A DNA stretch of 64,000 nt, taken from NCBI RefSeq assembly GCF_009914755.1, contig NC_060942.1; one strand, written 5' to 3'. How positions within the stretch are numbered: position 1 is the stretch's first letter; each line of letters begins with the position of its first letter. The translations under genes were made by a program, and so were the position numbers. The notes under the pieces were generated by a model. The model made no database searches. It had not been told where the DNA came from and saw only the letters and a program-made list of their open reading frames with translations. This document shows, one piece after another, positions 53,098-64,000 of this stretch. Source of the stretch: the human T2T-CHM13v2.0 reference genome, Homo sapiens.

Positions 53098-55269
53098 CAA
53101 AGCCCATTTTCTTTCTCTTTTCCATTGAAAAGGATGTATTCACCATCCTATTAATGAGAGTTTATGTAAATGACCTTTACTGAGAATTTTAAAATCATAA
53201 TAAAATGGCTTATTAGTATCTCTAGCATAAGGACTAGGAAATAGAGGACATGGCGATGTGAAACTAAGTGTACTAAATATCGTCTGTTAATTGATAGGTA
53301 GAACATCATTGCCCTGGACTCAGCAGTTCTGAGCACTCCAGTTTGCTTTGGCTACGTGCCAATGCATGCTCTGGTTATGCCTAGGTGGAATTTGTAGAAA
53401 ATAATCAGAACAGCCCCCTGTTCCCATCAGCAATAAAATAGCTGTTCATGCAACTGGGAACAGTAGTAAATTCTTTTTTATTTCCTAGTTCCTATGCAGA
53501 AGGTCAAATCCCTGGCCATTTTCAGATGTACATTATGTTAAACATCTATAAATTAAGAGCAAGAACATGAGCTGAATCTTACACTAAAAGAGAGACATGT
53601 TTTCTACTACAAAGCACTTAATCCCACTAGATACGATATTATTAGAGCATAGCATCCATATGGCATATTCTTGCATCCTGATCATTTTGTAGCAAAGAAG
53701 TGTTCTTGACTTCTCTTACCATCCACACAGCTTCCCACTGGAGAAGTCTGTGGATATGTCCATTCCCAAGAACACACGCAAACCTGAGGCAGGAAAGGGA
53801 CACTAGTATTTTTTCCAATACCTATCACTAATCCAATTTAAAAGGCTCATCTAGTTACAGAAAAAGAGGAAGGCTATATTCTATTCATTTTTTAAAATGG
53901 TTACAATAAAGCTTTTCTCAAAGTCATTTATTCTACAATGAAAGCTTCCTTTCTCAAAGAAATAATTTATGTCCATGTAAACGAAATCTCCTTGTCAGAG
54001 ATCTAAAAAATGACACCCTTCATTGCATGGACTAGACTTCCACAAATCCATGCTAATGATGAAAATAGGGGTATTTTAGTTTGGGATGGATCCTAGGGTT
54101 GCCTCCCACTCACTGCCAGGGATTTGCGGCTTCTTTTAGGATAAATGAACGTAATTTATCAGCCTCAATAGATGTTCCTAGAATTCATATTACTATGAAG
54201 AACTTTTTCTGCATCCCCCTTCTTAAAGATAGTGGAGTCTTAACAGACTTTATAATTGGAAAATGCAAAACAAAATCAACTAAAAATGGATTTGAATTAA
54301 TGAGATTAGTAAAGGGCCTGATATAAGGTCAATGCATGGAAATCAAGGACAAAGAAACATTGCATATTTAGAAAAGGCAATAGAAACGTTATTTTTAATG
54401 ACAAAATTCTAAGATTTTAATAGTAAAATATTTGAGAAATGTGCAAGACCTAAATAAAAACAAGTATATAAATCTTTATGAAATATAAGATTGCATAATT
54501 ATTGAGATGGTAAGATATGATGTCTCTTATGCAATAATCTTATGCAATTGCAATAATCATGATTTTTTAAAAAGTAAAACTTGACCCACTGATCCTAAAA
54601 TACATCTCTTATGGGATCCCCTCCCTTCCTAGAGTCCTCTACATAAGGCTTAGACAGCCAAAAATCACCACAGAGCGACTTTCCTTTCCAAGGAAAGGAC
54701 AAGGCAAGACTTTTCTTGCCTTGTCACCCAGTGAGATTAACACTTTGTGCCTACTGTCTATTGTTCTTAGGCCAGTATGATAGGTGGCATGTCTAACAAG
54801 AATTTGTGAAAATTTTAGGATTTTCTATGAAATTATCATCTTTAAAAAAAAACGTGGTTGGTTGATTTTATGTATTTGTGAAGAGGATGCAGGGAATACT
54901 ACTGCTCTGTGGGTTGAAGACTTTATAAAGTAATCTTAAGTGGGAGTTTCAGTCTCTGAGCTGGAAGTCATCCAAAGGTTCTAGATGCCTCCTGCTTTGA
55001 GTCGGGCATAAGGTTCTGTTCTAGAGGATCTGCTACCAAGAGTGAGCAAAGCCCTAGACATCTTCCCTATCACATATGAGCCATGTCAGACCCGGGGTCC
55101 TAAAAAGGAAGGAATATGCAGGAAATGCCTAGATATTGCTTGGCATACTTTCATAAGAAATAAAACTGAAACTTTTTCCTCAAGTTTAATTATGTTAATT
55201 TTCCAACTTTTCGGAGCTATTTTGGTTAACATGGATTAAAAACTATCATATCCAATGAAGGGAGGTGAC

Positions 55270-55425
55270 CCTTGCTGTTCAACGGGTGTAAAGCTTCAGT
55301 TATGCCAGAAGAATAAATTCTAGAGATCTTCTGCACAATATTGTGCTTACCTTGAACAGTACTGCGTCATACACTCAAACTCTGTGATCTCATGTTCAGT
55401 GTTCTTACCACCATTAAAAATATAT
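55270..55425 (+). mobile_element. L1MA 3' end fragment
   Basis: GAATAAATTCTAGAGATCTTCTGCACAA..GATCTCATGTTCAGTGTTCTTACCAC. Confidence 0.75.
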
Positions 55426-56033
55426 AACCAAGACAAGAAAAAATTTGTCTTCCAACTCCATCATTTTTTTCATGCTGCTATTACTGCTTCTAATTTCCAA
55501 ATACCCATACTTTTCCTTTGACTGTTCTCTTTGGTATAATAGCCTGTCCATATTTTATTCATTGCAGCATCTAAATGCCCTTCATCAAGGCGGTGGTTAA
55601 AATTTAAGAACAATCTTGATATGGAATATGCTGCAGCCATACATTCATACATAAACATTTTAAAAAGCAGTCTTAGACTGTATGTGGAGAGATGTAGAAG
55701 GCATATTGTTGGTAAGCAAAAGGACTCTCTCTCCCACTTCCCAGAGGGAATAGAAGTCATCATCATAGCATGCTTCCCAGTACGAAGCATACAGACATCT
55801 GTGCCCGTCCTCCCCACTTGAGCCTCCTGTAATAACAGGGGAACCATAATAATGTCAATACCTCCACCTATAGTTTTGATCATTACCACCTCCTTGAAGC
55901 ACAAATAATCTTCTCTGCCTTTTATCCCATGCATAATCCAATGGCTCCCTCAAGACTAGATCCTTCCCATGATATTTTAGATATAGTCCAATTTATGCAC
56001 TTTTTTCCAAAACTTGTCCCTGCTTTCCCTTAA

Positions 56034-56432
<399 letters not shown>

Positions 56433-57045
56433 CCATCAGCCCCCTTTAATCTCTTTTCTGCACTATCTCCTTGCAAAGCAGGCTGTTAAACATCTCTCTG
56501 ACCTCCATTGGTTAAATAATACTAATATTTTAAGTCATTTGATTATTCAGAATCCTTTCGATACAAAATTTAAAAAGGAAACTAAGTTAGCCTTAAAAGT
56601 GAATTGATTTGATAACCAAAAGAGCAATGGGAGAATGGCCTTTGGTCAGCTAGTGTCCTTGTGCTTCTCTCTGCTTTAACCTTGCTGTGTGCTGGCTTCT
56701 CTTATGACAGCAATGGCTCCCATAGGCATTTACACACAGCTTGTGGAAAAATAAGGGTGTCCTTCTTTCATTACCAAGGAGCAATTGTGTGAGTAATTTT
56801 GCTTTCAAGCCAATCCATGAAACAGAGAGGATTAGGATGACAAGTGAATTATTAAATAACTTTCAGAGAAGTTGTTTTTTATACAATACACTAAAAATAA
56901 TATAAAAAGTACCTATTTATTGAAATCTAGAATCAACTATTTTTAATTTTGTTCACACTTGTTTTAACTCCTGGTTTTAAAAGACGAATATTCCACATAA
57001 ATACGAGATGTTGACTCACACAGGCTCCCTTCCTTTTACAAAGAG

Positions 57046-57447
57046 TGTGATGGGAAAATCCCAGGACTGTACAGGAGAACATCCCTCAAAAACTGGGAAG
57101 GAGCTGAGAGACCAAAGAATGACTTGGGCAATTCCAGCTTGAGGAGTAGATGAGTTTATTAGGATTCACAAACAGGACATTTTCGGGCAGCATCAGGAGA
57201 ACTCTAGAGATCCACCCACCACACGCCTCTAAGCTGCTTTTAAGCTGATTTTGTGGCTCTTTGGCTGCCGCATGTGATGAGACTCTTTTCCTTGGTATGT
57301 TCCCAGATACACTCTAGGATGTTTGGGTTCTCAGGGACACCTGCTCCTCAGCTGAGCACCGTGGCCTTGGCTCATTTCCCAGCTTTTAGGGTTCAAGCAG
57401 CGTACATACAGCCTTAAGTAAACTGGTAGGAGAAACATCACCCTACA
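57046..57447 (-). mobile_element. LTR47A-like ERVL solo LTR, complete
   Basis: TG...CA termini; minus strand has GAGGAGCAGGTGTCCCTGAGAACCCAAACATCC and CCTAATAAACTCATCTACTC; TSD AAGAG/AAGAA. Confidence 0.8.
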
Positions 57448-59411
57448 AAGAAACATATTATTTTTACTACATAGGCAAGCTTGAAAAAAGCATAGAGATT
57501 ATTCTAGCTGCAAGAAATTGAAAATCAGTTTCGAATAGTAAGGACAAACGATTATCTGACAGTCTATGTTATTTTCAGACCCATGTATATTCCCTGAGGG
57601 GATGATGTCTGTAGTTTGAAAGATTCACGATGGAATTCTACTTCTGGCTATGGGGGACTTACTTTTATCACACCAACACTCTCGTTAAAAACATGGGTAA
57701 ATAGTGGATATTTTTCAAAATCATCTATTTGAAAGTATCTAAGAAACATCAAAGCAACTGGATTTAGAGAAGCCAAGATTCAAGATAGAAAGCCACCATG
57801 TTTGGGTGAGTCTAGCCTTTAAGACCATCTATACCTTGAAGCGTTTGCCAATTCGTAAGTAACACAGGCTGCAAGCCCACCCAGAAAGAAGAGGCTATGG
57901 CAGACAGCTGAGAAGAATTTTAGGCAGTCTTATGAGACTGAGACTGGGACAAAAAAAAAAAAGAAGAAGATTTTGGCTAACTTCCGAGGCAGCCAGGACT
58001 TGGGGAGCTGAGGTCCCGGAGAAAAGGAAACACAGAGAACTGAGCCTGATGTTTGACTCTGTGTTGCTTCCCGAGGTACTTGCCGTCTGGTAGGTAATCA
58101 CTAAGGGGCTGAAGAAGCCAAGCTGAAGGTGGTGGCTAAGAGAACTTCCAATAGACTCATGATATTGGGAGTCAAATTCAGATTTCAGGATCCACCAAGG
58201 AAGAGGGACTTCTGTAAATATCCCACATTTCTAGTGGGATTCTGAAGGGCTATACCCCAGAAATGAAGACAAACTGAACAAAAACTAGTCCTTACAAAAA
58301 CTGAAACTTAGATTTGAATGAGCTGAGTCCCAGACTGCATAAAATTGATATATCTCTAACCACATGCAGTGAAGCGAACTGATAAAGATAACATCATTCA
58401 GACCTTTGTCATCTGGGCAGAGATAAACATCATTGAGATCCTCAAATTATCGCTATAATGTTTCAAACATACAAATTATCCCTATAATGTTTCAAACATA
58501 ATGTTTCAAACAAGCATTCAATTAAATACCACCAATCATTCCAGGAGAAAAAAAATGGTTAATAGAAACGGGGCCACAGATTATCCAATATGAGAGTCAA
58601 AATAGCTGTGATTAACATGCTCAAAATATGAATGACAAGATGGAAAACTTCAGAGAATTGAGACGTCTAAAAAATGAATCAAACAAAAATTCTGAAATCC
58701 TACAAATGAAAGTAAAATGTAATGAAGATTTGATATTGATTAAAAACAGTTGAGGAGGGTGTTAGTAAACAGAAATGGGTCACTAGAAATATACAGACTA
58801 AACACAGAAGAAAAGAGCAAAAAAATATATAAATGATGGATAAGATGCAGTGGAAAAGTCTAACATACTTGTAATTGGAGTTGCAGAAGTTTAAGAGAAA
58901 AAGAGATTGTGTCAAGGAAATATTTGAATGGAAATTGGCAGAGAATTTTTCCAATATGACAAAAGACATCAAGAAACAAATCCGGGTTGCTGTGTACTTG
59001 AACAGGGACACACACATGCAGACACAGACACACACACACAATTGTAAACTTCTCTGGGGCAGGAAATTTGACATTGACATTGAGTCGGCATGAAGTTAGG
59101 GCTCTGGACTTGAATTTTTTGCATAAAATCTGGCTCTTCCCTTCTTTATAAAAGAAATAGCAAAATTTCACTCACCCTCAGAAAGTAATGAGAAAGGCTG
59201 ACACATCTCTCTCAGAATTAAAATGGTGAATTGTCATCCAAATGAAGGCTTGCCCCTCTTATGAATATCATATCCCAATATAAACTACTTGCATAATAAA
59301 AGAATTCCAAGCTAATATTAAACTCAAAGTTGTTTAGAATTGCTGACTGCTGTAGGGCTTTGACAGAGGAAAAGATTAAACCGTTTTGTTGAGGCCCTTT
59401 AAAGAATTCTA

Positions 59412-59717
<306 letters not shown>

Positions 59718-60095
59718 CTAGGTGTATGAGTTTTCTACAGAAGAGAAAAACCTTCTGAAGATGAGCTTACTTTAATAAAATAGCACCAACCACATAAATA
59801 AATCACAAAGAGGGAAATTCACCAGGTACAAGACAAAAAAGCGAATTAGCATCTTAAGAACTGCAAGTAATGGGAAAAGTTTTACAAGAATAGAAAATAA
59901 TTTTATTTAAAATAAATATAAGAAAAAATAGACATTATATTGGAAGGGCATAATATAAAAGACAGAATATATGTAAAAGAAACAAATAGAACTTTAAGAT
60001 ATTTTAAAATGCCATTGAAATGGAAAGGATTAAATAAAATTAGTCTATCTGAGAGGATTCTCAATGCTTAGAAGATGAATCTGGAGAAATCATCA

Positions 60096-60659
<564 letters not shown>

Positions 60660-61029
60660 TTACATCAAGTCAACAAGTAGACACATAATGGTTTATATGT
60701 AAAATTAAATATAAAACAAAAAGTCTTAAAAGCAACCCCAGAGAAAAATCAGACTGCTGTTAGAATGGAATGACAGAATGAATAGATGACTCAATGTTAG
60801 CAACAATAAGACAAAATACTCTAAAAAATTTTGTAATGCTGGAGAAAAGCAACAGTCAAGATAAATTAACACTGAATAGTAAGGGTAGCAAGAAAGATAT
60901 TTTCAGAAACATAAAAGCAAAGGAAATTGATTAACCTAGATCTTTACAGAAAGGAGTACCAAAAACATATTCTTTAGGAAGAGGAAAGTAAAAACAGAAA
61001 GGAGGAAGATGCAAATCACAATGATGAGA

Positions 61030-61210
61030 CGATATCACAAAGTGGTTTAGAGTATAGATGTTCTAGTCAGCGTGCTGTGTGACAAAGAGTAAATTACTCC
61101 ACCTCTCTGTGCCTCCATTTCCACATATGTTCAGTGGAAATATAAATAATAGTAGCACTTATATCATAGGTTTGTCACCGGCACATAGTATAAGTTCAAT
61201 AAATGTTGAT
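61030..61210 (+). mobile_element. MIR
   Basis: GTGGTTTAGAGTATAG..CCTCTCTGTGCCTCCATTTCCACATATGT. Confidence 0.65.
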
Positions 61211-61434
61211 TAAAAATAAGTCAAAAAGTTGCTAAATTTAAAGTAATATTGATGTAAAATGCTAAGATAACTATTTTAAGAATTTAAAAACAACAGACTT
61301 AAAACAAAATATAAGTGTAATGTTGGACACTGATATGGTAAAAAAGAGGAAATTTGATTAAAGTATTCTAAGATCATTGTATTTTTTTCTTATACATGAA
61401 AAAGGGAGAAAATAAAGACAATGCAATTGATAAC

Positions 61435-61620
61435 TGCAGAAGAGTGAGTGTGGGCTCCAGACCACCAGCATCAATATACCTGGGAGCTTGTTAGAATGCA
61501 ACTTCTCAGGTTGCACTCCAGATCTTCTGAATCAGAAATTCCAGGGTTGGAGTCCAAGAATCCACTCTAACAACCCTCCAGGTATTTCTAATGCATAATA
61601 AAGTCTGAGGTGCTCTGTTA
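61435..61620 (+). mobile_element. MER5A (hAT-Charlie)
   Basis: CAGCATCA..CCTGGGAGCTTGTTAGAATGCA..CTGAATCAGAAA..TAACAACCCTCCAGGT. Confidence 0.75.
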
Positions 61621-61843
61621 GAGAAGATAGGAAAGGAGGACAGAAAAAAAGAAAATTCATGACAAGTGGAAAACACAAACTGAAATGATCGATAATAATC
61701 CAAGTAAATGCAAATATGTAGGTTTTTCTAAGATATCTCCAATTAAATTGAAAACCTAGTTATATACTTTTTACAAGATAAATGCACATAAAAGACAGGA
61801 TCCACAGTGATAGAAAGTGAAAGGATGGGAAGGATGACTGCGA

Positions 61844-62191
61844 TGTGTTGGATTGGATTATTGTTCCTCATGCCTGCCTGCCTTTCTCTGTTAGAATATT
61901 AAACCTCCCTTTCCATTAACTTGCGTCTGTCAGTGGAACCTGCAACAGTGACACGTGCCACATATGAATTTTAACTGCATGACATGGCTCTGCCTTAGCT
62001 TTTATCCCCTTTGCCCTGAGACTGGGATGGAAGCTACCCCTTCAGCCTGGTCCCAGAATGAGAGAAGCTGAGCAGAGTTGAAGCTGACCACAAGGTCAGG
62101 AGTAGGAAATAAGCATTTTGTTATAGGAATCCTCTGAGATTGCAGGGCTATTCCTTACTACAGCATAATCTAAGTAAAAGTTGATTGATAC
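61844..62191 (+). mobile_element. MLT1H-like MaLR LTR
   Basis: CCCCTTCAGCCTGGTCCCAGAATGAG..AGAAATAAG-like..CAGCATAATC..TGATTGATACA. Confidence 0.65.
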
Positions 62192-62482
62192 AGAAAAATA
62201 TAACAGGCGAAAGCTACCAAAGAAAGTTGATGTAATGAGATTTTTGATGTTAAATCATGTATTAGAAACAGAGGCTAATAATTCTTCACCCTTATACACC
62301 TAACAAAATAGTCTCAAAATAAAAATTAAGTGCTGATAACTTTTACAAGGGGAAAACTGGCCCAACACAAGAAGGAAATAGTAAATTCGTGAACTTGATA
62401 GGAGATTTTCACCTGTTTCATAAATTCTGGAATTAGGTCTGCATTCTACCAGACCTAAGACACAAATTAACTGGAACCTTTC

Positions 62483-62888
62483 TGTTGGTTGGTTGGTGTG
62501 TAGGTGAGTGGGTGGGTTTTTTGTTTGTTTGGGTGGTTGTTTGGTTTTGGGTGGGTTTTTGTTGTTGTTGCTGTTGTTGTTTTTGTTTGTTTGTTTGTTT
62601 GCTTTTGAGAGGGGTCTCCCTCTATTGCCCAGGCTGGAATGCAGTGGCATGATCATGGCTCACTGTAGCCTCCATCTTCTGGGCTCAAGCGATCCTCCCA
62701 CCCCAGCCTACTGAGGAGCTGGGACTAGAGGCACCACCACGCCCAGCTGATTTTTTAATTCGTCATTTGTTGAGATGGGGTTTTGCTATATTGACCAGGC
62801 TGGTTTTACACTCCTGGCCTCAAGAGATCCTCCCACCCCTGACTCTCAGAGAGCTGGGAATACAAGCGTTAAGCCACCACGCCCAGCC
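62483..62888 (-). mobile_element. AluJ with expanded (TTG/TTTG/TGG)n tail, followed by a MIR (about 62890-63100)
   Basis: Alu body 62605-62888 with J diagnostics; about 120-bp GT-rich tail. Confidence 0.92.
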
Positions 62889-64000
62889 TGGGTTAAGAGC
62901 ATAGACTGGGGCTGGATTGCTGGGTTTGACTCCTGAATCTTCACATGCACTTTAAATTCTTTGGTCTTGGTGACATCATCTGCAAAATTGTGAAATAGTG
63001 TCTATTTCTTGTTGGGAGTCACACATGAGTTAATATATGTAATGTAAATTTCTTAGACTAGTACCTGGCACACAGTAAATATTTTTAAAATAAGTATTGT
63101 TGTAATATTTAGTATGTTGACAATAATTACTACTACTATTACTATTGCTATTATTATTATACAAGCTTATTCCATTTGAAAGCAGCATGGGAAAGACATG
63201 AAAGCCAAGAACAGGCTTTTATTCACTCATTTTCATGATCAAAAATAAGGGGTCTCTCTGCTTCCTTAGTTCTGCTACTTATATCTGCCAGTAGCAGTTC
63301 GCTGTATTTCTCTATTTATTTCATAAACGGAAATGAGTCTTTTTCTGCTGTCTTTTTCTCAGTATAAGCTAATATAGAGAGCTCAAAATGCTTTATTTTT
63401 GCATATATAACTCTCTTTTTTCAACAAGGAAAAAGATTAATTGGTAACTGGTTTTCCAATAATTCATTCCTCTCAATATTCCTGGCTGCAGCTTAGCACA
63501 GCTATAAAAGTAAGCCTGCACATAATAATTAAACACAATCCCTTCTCAGCCTGTAGATGGTAAAGACTAGCTCTTAAGAATTACAACACAATATTTTTGG
63601 TCTAGTTCCCTTAAGAAGGCTATTTTTTCTACTTCGAATATTTGAAAACACATTAAAATCAAATGCAGGCAAATTGAAAATTTCCTTAACACCCTGAAAT
63701 CAAATAGTAGAACAATATAAACATTTAATCATTACATCTGACTTTGCTGCCACTGAATCTTTCAGGTGACAGTGGCTTCTGGCACCCTGAGCTCTGCACG
63801 TTCTCTGCTGCTCCAGCATTTAACCTTCATGGTCAAAGGATGCTGTCCTGGCTCTCTGGCCTGTTCAGAAGAAACAAGCAGCATTCTGGCCTTTCATATT
63901 ACATAAAATGATTTCAAAAGTCACTGCTGTGCACGTCTACGTGTGCCTCCAAATGGTTCAAAGTATTGACACAATGGTGTCCATTAGAAAAAGATAAAGT

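Noticed and set aside
55470-55934. 154-aa minus-strand ORF
   Set aside because: No recognisable domain, overlaps the antisense of a degraded L1 3' fragment, and has no supporting gene structure.

Overview
AT-rich, CpG-depleted primate (human or great-ape) genomic DNA. The only coding sequence I can support is one 115-bp internal exon on the + strand (3965-4079). It translates to [38 protein letters not shown](E), which I recognise as the PH-domain segment of docking protein 6 (DOK6; exon 3 from recall). The rest is the end of the upstream intron and about 60 kb of the downstream intron; the next exon (ELEAEEW...) was not seen. The introns are densely filled with interspersed repeats: about 13 Alus or Alu monomers, many old L1M/HAL1 fragments, MIR/L2, MaLR and ERVL LTRs, a deleted ERVL-class provirus remnant, and DNA transposons (HSMAR2, MER82, MER2, MER58A, MER5A). 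None of the ORF-track calls looks like a real gene, and I found no prokaryote-type or novel multi-gene system. The best leads are: unusual splice signals around the DOK6 exon (a regenerated AG|GT donor, an internal donor that would create a stop codon, a candidate poison exon); a perfect CpG-rich 16-bp VNTR; two dispersed local duplications about 1.7-2 kb apart; a probable 400-bp micro-inversion; a twin-primed L1; and tiny TSD-flanked L1 inserts. All repeat family names come from recalled consensus sequences, not from a search.
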